From Tortispora ganteri (lineage: Eukaryota): a DNA stretch of 64,000 bases. Below the pieces are notes generated by a model. That model made no database searches, had not been told where the DNA came from, and saw only the letters and a program-made list of their open reading frames with translations. Made by a program: the position numbers and the translations under genes. Below, piece after piece: positions 21,538 to 31,101 of this stretch; within the stretch, counting starts at the first letter, position 1, and every line of letters begins with the position of its first letter. The stretch lies in NCBI GenBank assembly GCA_003707115.1, contig PPNB01000004.1, positions 310,001 through 374,000 of the forward strand, written 5' to 3'.

Positions 21538-23346
21538 TTACGCTTTAGCCTGGTGGGTCGCTATGTATTCTTTGATCAAGTTCATGTTGTATCCTCTCAT
21601 ACGAGTCACGATATTGTTCAAGCGCCAGGGGTAGTCTAACATAGGAAGAATGACTTCAGAAAACTCTACCTTTTGAGGCACCCTGAGACTATCTCTGCTG
21701 AGGTATTTCTGTAGATCAGTAGGATCATCAACGAGGATCGTTTCTATGTCCGAATCCTTGCATCCAAAGACAGAAAAGAGGTTTCTCCACTTCCAAGAGG
21801 GGCAAATATCATTATATCCCTGTTCAGGTCCATGAATGGCTCTTTCAATAGAATACCCTTCGTTGTTCAACAACATGACTACAGGCTTGAGTCCAAGACG
21901 AGCCATAGTACCGAACTCCTGTATAGTCATCTGAGCCGAACCGTCACCCTCGAGGAGAACAACACGGCCAGGAGTGACAGATCCTTCCGCCATAGGCAGA
22001 CCCAACTCGTTGACTTCACGTGCTGCAATTAAGGCTCCAAGGGCTGCAGGCAAGGCCATGCCAATCGAGGAATAAAAAATTTGCGAAATGAAACTAGTGT
22101 CCTTCGCAAACGGAGCATCAAGAATACTAAACTGAATGGTTCCAACTTCAGCAACAACGATATCATTGGGCTGGAAGAATTTCGCGTCAATAAAAGACTG
22201 GATTAAAGTCTGATGGTTGAGTTTGGTAGATTCGGCCTTGGTAGAAGGCAAGAAAGAGCCAACTTTAATGTCAGAGGCTTTCCTGGTAGCTGAGAGCTTA
22301 GATTTTTCCAGGGATTTCACAAGTTTTTTTAGTAAGGGTAGCATATGAAGGCCTTCGTACTTCTTACCACATACATCGATGAATTCAGGACGGAAAGAGA
22401 TGACTTTAGAGTCATCCAGTCCACGCGAAAAACCACCTAGATTAGTGTCGCTTCTAAGCGGGCCGAGTTCAAGTACGAGGTCAGAAGACTCTAAGGACTG
22501 ATGTACGCCGTCGATCGAAGCATTATAGCCTTGGTAAACGCCGACAAAGTTAGGTCCGGATTCATCGAGAATTCCGTGGCCGAGTGCAGAATTGTAGGCG
22601 GGGAATTGTGTAATATCAACCAATTCGTTTGCCAAAACTCTAGAGTGCGCTCTATCTGTGACAATATCAGCCAAAATGGCGGGTGTCTTAGCCTTATATA
22701 TGAGATCGAGGATTTCTTTCACGGCGGCGTCTTCCTGGGTAGTATCGTTTCGGAATTCAAAGTCCAGGGGTTTCAAGAGGGGAGCAGATGAAATTGGCAT
22801 CATAGCAAGATCCAGAGGAACATAGATGTATGTGGGGAGGTTCTGCTTGTATGCCTGGAGGATAGCATTGTCGATCTGCTCAGCAGCCTTTGACTCTTCC
22901 CAGAGAAGTTCCTGACAGCAGGAGACATTCTGAGAGAGCGGTATATAGCTCTTGTAGTCAGGAGCATTACGTCCAGGACTGGGCAAAGCATGGTGGACCA
23001 TGAGACGTTTCTCCTGTACGGGGCGAATGGGCATTCCGACGATATGAATGAGGGGCACGTTTTCAGCGTATGCGCCGGATACACCATTGAGCGCAGAAGA
23101 TTCTCCTACACCGTAAGTAGTTACTAAAGCGCCAGGTATACGCCTTACACGGGCATAGCCATCAGCTGCGTATGCCGCGTTCAATTCGTTGCAGCAGCCT
23201 ACCCAGACCATTTCCGGGACGGTATAGATGAAGTCAAGGAGTTGGAGCTGGAAATCACCAGGAACACCGAAAACATGTCGAATGCCGATGTCCTTCAACC
23301 GGCTGAAAAGGTATTGGCCTACGGTTACTTGTGAATCGTGGGTCAT
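21538..23346 (-). CDS. ARO10: ThDP-dependent 2-oxo-acid decarboxylase, Aro10-like
   Basis: FGVPGDF, CCNELNAAYAADGYAR, TTYGVGE, AENVP and GDGSAQMTIQE...NNEGYSIERAIHG. TYGVGE and AENV resemble Aro10 more than Pdc1; the family is secure but orthology is inferred. Confidence 0.75.
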   Translation of the reverse strand: MTHDSQVTVGQYLFSRLKDIGIRHVFGVPGDFQLQLLDFIYTVPEMVWVGCCNELNAAYAADGYARVRRIPGALVTTYGVGESSALNGVSGAYAENVPLIHIVGMPIRPVQEKRLMVHHALPSPGRNAPDYKSYIPLSQNVSCCQELLWEESKAAEQIDNAILQAYKQNLPTYIYVPLDLAMMPISSAPLLKPLDFEFRNDTTQEDAAVKEILDLIYKAKTPAILADIVTDRAHSRVLANELVDITQFPAYNSALGHGILDESGPNFVGVYQGYNASIDGVHQSLESSDLVLELGPLRSDTNLGGFSRGLDDSKVISFRPEFIDVCGKKYEGLHMLPLLKKLVKSLEKSKLSATRKASDIKVGSFLPSTKAESTKLNHQTLIQSFIDAKFFQPNDIVVAEVGTIQFSILDAPFAKDTSFISQIFYSSIGMALPAALGALIAAREVNELGLPMAEGSVTPGRVVLLEGDGSAQMTIQEFGTMARLGLKPVVMLLNNEGYSIERAIHGPEQGYNDICPSWKWRNLFSVFGCKDSDIETILVDDPTDLQKYLSRDSLRVPQKVEFSEVILPMLDYPWRLNNIVTRMRGYNMNLIKEYIATHQAKA

Positions 23347-24042
23347 TATTTCTGAAAACTATTAGATATTACGAAACCCCGCAAATAAACAGATTGACGA
23401 GTAACTGGCGAGAAGATGCCTTTAAATAAAGCTTGAAAAGGGTTGCGTGTGAAAACTATGATAAAAGCTCATACTTAAATTTCCCCCGCGTTACTATAAT
23501 TTAGAGTTTAAAACCGAGGTTTCGCCATAGTAAATCATTGGAGATGAGTCAATAACTGTGGGGGGATTTTCAACATTTACCCCATTTTTTATTAACTCTC
23601 ACGGCTAATTTGTCTTTATACGGTAAATTTAGCTGGAATGAGATAGCCGGGATGCGATCGCAGGGGATCTAGTGAAATATTAATATTGCGGAATGATGCG
23701 CTGCACCCTTGTCACAAATGGAGCCGTTTAAATACTGATGTTTATGTGGCATACCCTTTTAACGCGACCAATGAACAGTATTAAAGTTTTTCCGCTCTGG
23801 TTGTTTTCATACCTTTTTTTAAATAAAATCTAATTCGATATTCAAGGTCTGCAAGGCATTATTTAGTTGATGTCAATAAGATTAATTTTACAATTCTAAT
23901 ATTAGCGATCTCTTGGCGGCGATGAGGGTCGCAGGAATCAGCTAGCGAACACCAATTGGGGGGGCCAAAACAAAATAATCAGTAAGCTTAACCACCACAA
24001 CGGGCGGTTATTGACGGTAGTAATATACGCGCTTATCGCACT

Positions 24043-25518
24043 TTAAATAGCATTTAAACTTTTCTCGAAAACTTCGCGTCCTTGGTTATATCCGTGTTCA
24101 AACTCCCATAAATATTTCGAAGAGCCGCATTCTCGAACATGACGGCTCAGTCGATCAAGCCTATAGCGTCTTCGATTGCCTATAACAGATTTGTTAAACT
24201 CCCAGTATCTCGCAGCATCTCTCCATCCTCGCATAAAGCCCTTCTCAAACCGCCAATGTTCCATTGACTCGCCTGGTGAAGTTAAATTCCAGTAGTTTAT
24301 GTGCGCTGCGAGTATTTCTTGGCATTTGGCAGCTCCCGCAGAGTCGGTAACCTTGGAATCAGGCTGACATGCAGATCGGATCGCGCCCTGCATGACCATT
24401 TGCTTAATCCCCCATTCTCCACCGGGCATCCAGTCCATTCGGTACGTCCAGAAGTATGATCCAGCAGTCGACCGTCTAAAAGTGTCAAACTGTTTTTGTC
24501 CAAATGCGTTAACCAAACTCGGCCTCTGACCTGCATCAACTCGCTTCCAGGTACTATTCTCGTCCATGACACATGAGTACTCGCCCACAATTACATCCGT
24601 ATCGGCAACTATACCAGTGGAATCAATAATTTCCTGTGGAGACAGTTTGCGGTCGTCGTCAGAAAATGTTCGATAATAATGCGTGTCCACTGTTACGTTG
24701 GCCCTGTTCTGAGCAAACTCGCGGTATCGCTGCAGATCCCAGCTATCGGCGATCACCATCTGCAATGTGCTGTCTATACCGTGGATCCGTTGCAGACACT
24801 GGTCATAAAAACTTTCTAAACTTTTGCCGTACTGCGGTTCATTGATAACTTGTAACCCGGCGACGTATCCTCGCGAGACGTACGGCTTGAGTTCTTCAGC
24901 AATGAACCCCAATGCCTCTATGGTTCGACACATGGAACTGTGCGAATAGAAATCAGCAGTGCCAGAGCTTGTCCCTGAATGTATGTCACCGTTGGCGCCT
25001 CCATATACACCGTGGAGATCGATTAGAACAGAAATACCATACTCCGCTGCACGCTCAATTACACAGCTTTTATATATGTTCCATGCATTCGCGTACACTT
25101 CTTTATATGGCTCGAACGGCGTGGCAGATAGGTAATCGCCACCAAGTGTCCAGTATCCTAATGGAACTCGTACAGAATTGAATCCATTATCTGCGAGCCA
25201 CTGCCAGTCTTCGCCACTCATGAAATTGCGCCAATGATCTTCAAACTTCTTCTTGGCTTTGTCGGTTCCCAATATATGTACAGCGCCGCTGACAGCATCC
25301 AATTCAGAGTCACCGTTGCCTACATACATCGATCCACAGAGCCAACGTTCTAAGCAAAACCAAGTACCGATATTTGTACCAAACTGGTACCTGTTGGCCA
25401 CTATCTCTGATGCTGGAATGTTATCGGGATCTGCAAGCTGCACATTTACAGAAGATGCAGTACTGGCATGCACTATTTCGTTTTCCGCTTTTTTCAGTAT
25501 CTTCTTAAGGAATTTCAT
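24043..25518 (-). CDS. Glycoside hydrolase family 5, intracellular (YBR056W-like)
   Basis: GTNIGTWFCLERW, NSVRVPLGYW, LIDLHG, acid/base INEP, DTHYY, nucleophile VGEYS and FWTY. No signal peptide. Confidence 0.88.
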   Translation of the reverse strand: MKFLKKILKKAENEIVHASTASSVNVQLADPDNIPASEIVANRYQFGTNIGTWFCLERWLCGSMYVGNGDSELDAVSGAVHILGTDKAKKKFEDHWRNFMSGEDWQWLADNGFNSVRVPLGYWTLGGDYLSATPFEPYKEVYANAWNIYKSCVIERAAEYGISVLIDLHGVYGGANGDIHSGTSSGTADFYSHSSMCRTIEALGFIAEELKPYVSRGYVAGLQVINEPQYGKSLESFYDQCLQRIHGIDSTLQMVIADSWDLQRYREFAQNRANVTVDTHYYRTFSDDDRKLSPQEIIDSTGIVADTDVIVGEYSCVMDENSTWKRVDAGQRPSLVNAFGQKQFDTFRRSTAGSYFWTYRMDWMPGGEWGIKQMVMQGAIRSACQPDSKVTDSAGAAKCQEILAAHINYWNLTSPGESMEHWRFEKGFMRGWRDAARYWEFNKSVIGNRRRYRLDRLSRHVRECGSSKYLWEFEHGYNQGREVFEKSLNAI

Positions 25519-26146
25519 GCTGGTCTTGACGCTAGAAAATATTGTCGCTCATTATATGTAAAGGCGGTATTCGCACAGGTCCCTTCTCACAGGGGAAAGC
25601 CTCGAGACAAATTTAGGCTCTGCTAACTATAAGCAAGGTCGATCGCTTGCCAACAAGAGTGGGGGCATACCCAGCAAATATGACGTCGATGCGAAATATT
25701 TATTCTATACGAGTGTTAAGACAATTACATATATAAGCTCACAGGGACCTCCGCGATTTTCAACTACTGACCGACAACCGGCGGCACTACGTTCTATTAA
25801 CCTTCGAAAGTTGCGAAGAGAGAATGGGTCATATCGAATAAAAAAAAATCAATCTAAGTTTTAGTAACAATCATGCCGTGCGTTTATGATAAGATCGCGG
25901 AATCTTACAGATTTAATAAGATATGATAGAGTAATGTCAAAACCCTTGACCCTGTAATTGCGTGATCGAGGGCAAGCGATATACCCATATCCGATTCAGC
26001 GCTGTAACCGCGCTTCATTAAATAAGTGGTCTGATCAGGTTAACCCGCTTCATTAGCAAATATATTCAAGACAACTCGCAGGTATTTAATTGCTTTCACA
26101 GTTATATCAAACAGAATATACTTAATTTGAAAATTGGTCATCAGTT

Positions 26147-27253
26147 ATGATCAGCTCGCTTCCAGTGATTGATCTGAGTCGGGACACACCAGAGGAAAGA
26201 GATGCACTGCTAGCCGATCTGAAAGACGCTCTGTTCCGTATAGGATTTATATATTTGAAAGGACATGGTGTAGAAGATCTCGCGCGAAAGATTGCCGATA
26301 TAACACCCAAGGCCTTTGACATTCCGCAAGAGAAGAAGGATGAGATCTCTATGGCGAATTCCCCGCATTTCGTAGGATACACCAGATTGGGGGCCGAGAC
26401 CACGGCTTTACACACCGACAGAAGGGAGCAGTACGATTTTGGATCTATACGATCATCTGTTGATTATGGGGATAATTCACCCGCATGGAACCGCGTGAGA
26501 GGTCCCTCGCAGTTTCCTGATTCGAAGTACGCGCCCGTTGGGTTCAGAGAGACTGTCGAAGCGTACATATCGGCTATGGATAACCTTGCCCAGCGGTTTA
26601 TACACTTGGTTAGTGAATCTCTAGGTCTGCCTGCAGACGGACTGGACAAGTTTGTCGGTGACATGCATAGGTTGAAGCTTGTGAAGTATCCGCCGTTGAA
26701 CGAAGATGTTAGTCTTGAGAAAACGGCCTATGGCGTTAACCCAAGAGATACAGCGCTGCATTCAGGACAGTCGGTGCAAGGAGTTGGTCCTCACAAGGAT
26801 TCGAGCAACTTGTTCACGTTTGTGCTTCAGGACAAAGTAGGCGGGCTCGAAGTACTCGGGCCGGATGGTAACTGGATTCCTGCAACTCCAATTGACGATA
26901 CTTTTGTAGTGAATATCGCACAGGGATTTGAGGCTTTAACTGGAGGGAAATGCGGAGCAACAACGCACCAAGTTATAGCACCAGCTGGTGTGACAAGGTA
27001 CTCTATTCCATATTTCTATGGTGTGCGACTTGATCTTACACGCGATGAGATTGACGCGCAGACTGAATTAGCTGAGCGTATACCTGAACCTACTGATTTT
27101 GTAAAGCGATCAGTAGACGTTCCGAGCGAGTTTATTCAGCCTGAATTCAAATGCTTTGGTGAGGCACACTTACGCAACAGGATCGTATCGCACAAAGATG
27201 TAGGCAAGCGATGGTATCCTGAGTTGTATTTGAAGTATGTTGGTGCCAATTGA
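26147..27253 (+). CDS. 2-oxoglutarate/Fe(II) dioxygenase (DIOX_N plus 2OG-FeII_Oxy; IPNS-like fold)
   Basis: LPVIDLS, GFIYLKGHG, HxD (PHKDS), LQD.VGGLEV, a distal His (TTHQV) and RxS (RYS). Confidence 0.9.
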   Translation: MISSLPVIDLSRDTPEERDALLADLKDALFRIGFIYLKGHGVEDLARKIADITPKAFDIPQEKKDEISMANSPHFVGYTRLGAETTALHTDRREQYDFGSIRSSVDYGDNSPAWNRVRGPSQFPDSKYAPVGFRETVEAYISAMDNLAQRFIHLVSESLGLPADGLDKFVGDMHRLKLVKYPPLNEDVSLEKTAYGVNPRDTALHSGQSVQGVGPHKDSSNLFTFVLQDKVGGLEVLGPDGNWIPATPIDDTFVVNIAQGFEALTGGKCGATTHQVIAPAGVTRYSIPYFYGVRLDLTRDEIDAQTELAERIPEPTDFVKRSVDVPSEFIQPEFKCFGEAHLRNRIVSHKDVGKRWYPELYLKYVGAN

Positions 27254-28427
27254 GTTTGATTAGGTGAAAAAAAAAAAGTCAACGAACGCTAACTGATCGG
27301 TGCCTGAATGCCAGCGGCTGTAACGATTACGTTTACCCACCACATTCTTGCTTGGATTTGAGTTGAGTGGTTTCTTTTTTTTTTGTCTTTCAAATTACAC
27401 ACGCGACACTATAACTAACCAATCATAACCAATAGCATCAACATTGCGTAGCGATAGAAAATAACGGAAAAGGTACCGTCACTAAGGCAGCCCCACCCAA
27501 ATTAACCCTAGACCGGGCTGTACGGCGTTTCCTAATGAAGCGATTAATCGGAATTCTCAAGGTGAAATGTTAATTCATTTATTTAGGAACGTACGCGCCA
27601 GTTGTATTTGTGTGATGTTCCCACTGTGTAGCGAAGATATACATTGAATTAACTGATCGTCATGCGCAGCTTTAGACATACCAAAATAAGGGTAACTAGA
27701 TTCGTAAATTAAATAAAAATTTCCTAAATGAAGACACATACAAATCTTTTTTTGATATAAAAAACGCTAGAATAGAGTTATTGTTAATACGTCACATTCT
27801 CCTACAACTGGGATTTAATTAGAGTTCGACACATGAAATTTCTTCTTAGTAAGATCCTATCCACTATGAAACCTGTTACGTTATGTGCAGTACAAGTACC
27901 ACGCAAACAGTCTTGCTTTTACTAATAAATATTTGCGTGCTTGATGTAATGCGTATCTTCCATTCAAATCAGCCTGATTCCTCAACTAACATCCTAAAAG
28001 TCTGCATAGAATTCCGAAAAGGAGACAACTTTAGAGTTTAGTAGTTAAGACCAGCAATTGGCTAAATGTTTTCTTCCATAAGCTTTTCGGCCTTCGGTTT
28101 TCCAATAGATTATTGATTAGGCTTTCTCCTACTCATTTCTTTACTTTGTTACTACTCACTTATATAATACCAACATCCTGCCGATCCCGATCCAGTATTC
28201 ATCTCATCTAACTTTCTCCAAAACCGCCCGTGGTTGAGAATCTGATCCAGTAAATCTCGAATCTGTTGTCTTCTACATCATTGGCCCTCCTAAACGATCA
28301 GCATATACACACGCCATTACTAATATTGTAACTGATCGATAAACATCAGCCTTACGAACGCGCCTCAAAACAGAAAGAAAGTAGCACATACCGTAAAGTG
28401 CTACTCAGTCGCTAATATACTTAAATA

Positions 28428-30932
28428 ATGGATTCTAGCTCTGATCCAGGCTCTTCTCTTTCCGCTTTCGTCTCCGCGTTGGTCTTCAATGGTGTTATCT
28501 TCGCCATCTTCGTTAGCATCTTCTTGGTCGTAAGAAATAAGTTCAAAACCTTCTATCAGAAACGCGCCTACTCAAATGCCATACCAGAAAAACTGCGAGT
28601 TGAACCGCTGTCTTCAAATCCCTTTGCGTGGATCAAGACTATTTATTCTCTTCCGGACAAGTATCTTCTTAACAAACTCGGTCTAGACGCGTACTTTTTT
28701 CTCCGATACCTCAGATTCACCGCAATGGTCGCCATCGCTGGCTGTATATTACTCTACCCTATTCTTTTCCCTGTCAACGCTACTGGCGGAGCAGGAGAAA
28801 AAGGTCTTGATATCCTTTCGTTCTCCAACATCTCAGAATCTAATCGCGACAGATACTACGCTCACATATTCCTCGGTTGGATCTTCTATTGGGGCTTCCT
28901 GTTCCTCATTTACCGCGAATTGACTTTCTATGTCTCGTTGCGCCAAGCTGTCCTCTCTTCGCCCTTCTATTCTACGCGTCTTTCCCAGCGTGTTGTCCTT
29001 TTCCAGTCTGTTCCTGAGAAGTATATTTCGGTTGAAGCTTTATCTAGGATGTTCAGAGGTGTCCGTCACGTCTGGATCAACCGCGACGTTTCGGAGCTTG
29101 AGGACGATGTCAAAGAGCGCGAAAAACTTGCCTACAAGTTAGAAGCTGCAGAAACTAAGCTTCTAAAAACTGCCATGAAAAAAGCTCGCAAATCTGACGT
29201 CGCCGGTACCAACATTGACGACTACGTCCCGCCTAACAAACGTCCCAAACACCGCCTGAAGTTCTTAATTGGAGAGAAAGTTGATACTATCAACTATACA
29301 CGAGACACACTAGCGGAACTGGACGAAAAGATTAACCTTGAACAGCTCCAGTACAATGAATCGCCTACGTTGAATTCTGTCTTTGTTGAGTTTGAGTCTC
29401 AAGATTACGCGCAATCAGCCTTTCAGAGCTTAAGCTGTGAGAAACCTCGATTCATGACTCCTCGTTATACTGGGATTGTTCCAAGTACAATAATCTGGAA
29501 GAATCTCAAGACAAGATGGTATCAAATGTTCGTTCAAAATATCGTTACTAATGCTATTATTGTCTTCCTGGTCATTTTCTGGGCTATTCCTGTGGCTTTT
29601 GTCGGTGCTTTATCTAACTTGACTTACCTTACAGACAAAGTTACTTTCTTGCGCTTCATCTTAAACATGCCTCAATTCCTTTACGGACTTGTGACCGCTT
29701 TGCTTCCTACTATTCTTTTATCTGTTCTCATGATGCTGTTGCCCATCATTCTCAGAAAGTGCGCGATATATCAAGGAGCACCAACTACAGCGTTGGTAGA
29801 GTATAAAGTACAGGGATCTTACTTCGCGTTCCAAGTAGTACAAGTCTTTATCGTCGTGACTCTTACGTCGTCTGCGGCCTCGGTGGTTACTCAAATTATT
29901 TCTGACCCTGCTTCAGCGACTTCTTTACTGGCTAACAATCTTCCTAAAGCCTCTAATTTCTTTATTGCCTACATTATTTTACAGGGTCTCACTGTTGCTG
30001 GTGGTTCATTGTTGAGCTATGTCGGGCTTATTCTATACAAGGTACTCGGCTTTATCCTTGATTCCACCCCAAGAAAGAAATGGTCTAGAATTAACGTTGT
30101 TGGATCTACAGCATGGGGTACTGTTTTCCCTATTTACACTAACTTGTTCGTTATTACTATGAGTTACGCTCTTATTTCACCCTTGATTCTTATATTCCTT
30201 GCCGGAGCATTTGTCATTCTTTATATGGCGTATTGCTACAATCTCGTTTACAATTCTATTCCTGGGTTAGACTTACAAGGATTACACTATCCTCGTGCTC
30301 TTTACCAGTCTTTGACTGGTGTATACCTTGGAAATGTCTGTATGATTGGACTTGTTGCTGTTGGTAAGAACTGGGGATGTATTGTTCTTCAGGTTGTGAA
30401 CCTTGTCGTCGTTATCTTTGTTCATATTTATATGAAGAATTCATTTGCTCCGCTCCTTGAGGCTGTTCCTAAGTCGTTTAACCTCAGCAAGAAAGGCATC
30501 TCTTCGAAGACTACTGCTGAGATGTCTCCACTTAAAGGTGCTGATTCAGAGAGCGAGCATACCGACATGATGCAAGGGTACAAGACTGAAACTGGATCAG
30601 AAACAAATGGTGATACCATGACACTTTTTAGGAAATTCATTAGACCTGACCTAGCTTATAATGTCGATAGGCTTCGCGGTTTAATGCCTCAACTTCTTGA
30701 ACCTGTTTCTATCACACCGGATCAGGCTGAAGGTGCTTACCAGAACCCTGCTATAACATCACAAGCTCCTTTTCTATGGATACCCCGTGATCCTCGCGGA
30801 CTTTCAGCCATCGAAGTTCAGAAATCTTCAGCTGTTATTGGAATCAGTGATGAAGGTGCTGAAATTGATGAAAAGGGTAAGATCGTCTCTTATGGCTTGC
30901 CGCCTGAGTATGCCGAACCACCAGTCTTTTAA
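28428..30932 (+). CDS. OSCA/TMEM63-family calcium-permeable channel (Rsn1/Phm7/Csc1-like)
   Basis: GLDAYFFLRYL, PILFPVNATGG, KVDTINY, FWAIPVAFVG, LANNLPKASNFF and many transmembrane segments. Confidence 0.92.
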   Translation: MDSSSDPGSSLSAFVSALVFNGVIFAIFVSIFLVVRNKFKTFYQKRAYSNAIPEKLRVEPLSSNPFAWIKTIYSLPDKYLLNKLGLDAYFFLRYLRFTAMVAIAGCILLYPILFPVNATGGAGEKGLDILSFSNISESNRDRYYAHIFLGWIFYWGFLFLIYRELTFYVSLRQAVLSSPFYSTRLSQRVVLFQSVPEKYISVEALSRMFRGVRHVWINRDVSELEDDVKEREKLAYKLEAAETKLLKTAMKKARKSDVAGTNIDDYVPPNKRPKHRLKFLIGEKVDTINYTRDTLAELDEKINLEQLQYNESPTLNSVFVEFESQDYAQSAFQSLSCEKPRFMTPRYTGIVPSTIIWKNLKTRWYQMFVQNIVTNAIIVFLVIFWAIPVAFVGALSNLTYLTDKVTFLRFILNMPQFLYGLVTALLPTILLSVLMMLLPIILRKCAIYQGAPTTALVEYKVQGSYFAFQVVQVFIVVTLTSSAASVVTQIISDPASATSLLANNLPKASNFFIAYIILQGLTVAGGSLLSYVGLILYKVLGFILDSTPRKKWSRINVVGSTAWGTVFPIYTNLFVITMSYALISPLILIFLAGAFVILYMAYCYNLVYNSIPGLDLQGLHYPRALYQSLTGVYLGNVCMIGLVAVGKNWGCIVLQVVNLVVVIFVHIYMKNSFAPLLEAVPKSFNLSKKGISSKTTAEMSPLKGADSESEHTDMMQGYKTETGSETNGDTMTLFRKFIRPDLAYNVDRLRGLMPQLLEPVSITPDQAEGAYQNPAITSQAPFLWIPRDPRGLSAIEVQKSSAVIGISDEGAEIDEKGKIVSYGLPPEYAEPPVF

Positions 30933-31101
30933 AGTAAACGAGATTGCTGTTCTCAGTTGAGTATGTTTTTATGTGTTTAGTAATTCAATTTTTAGTTTGT
31001 TTTTACCGTCTGAAATGAAAATACCTATTCTTAAACATATAAGGATATCGCATTTAAGTGATTATTCCGGGAATGATAAAGTGTAATATTATGCTATTGA
31101 T

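Noticed and set aside
20235..27253. Beta-lactam biosynthesis cluster (IPNS-like plus beta-lactamase-like genes)
   Set aside because: There is no ACV synthetase or NRPS, and both folds are widespread with unrelated functions.
27525..27660. Hairpin plus GTGATGT...CTGA as a second snoRNA downstream of TTAACCCTA
   Set aside because: Box C is imperfect, the C-D span is only about 45 nt, and I recognise no rRNA guide.
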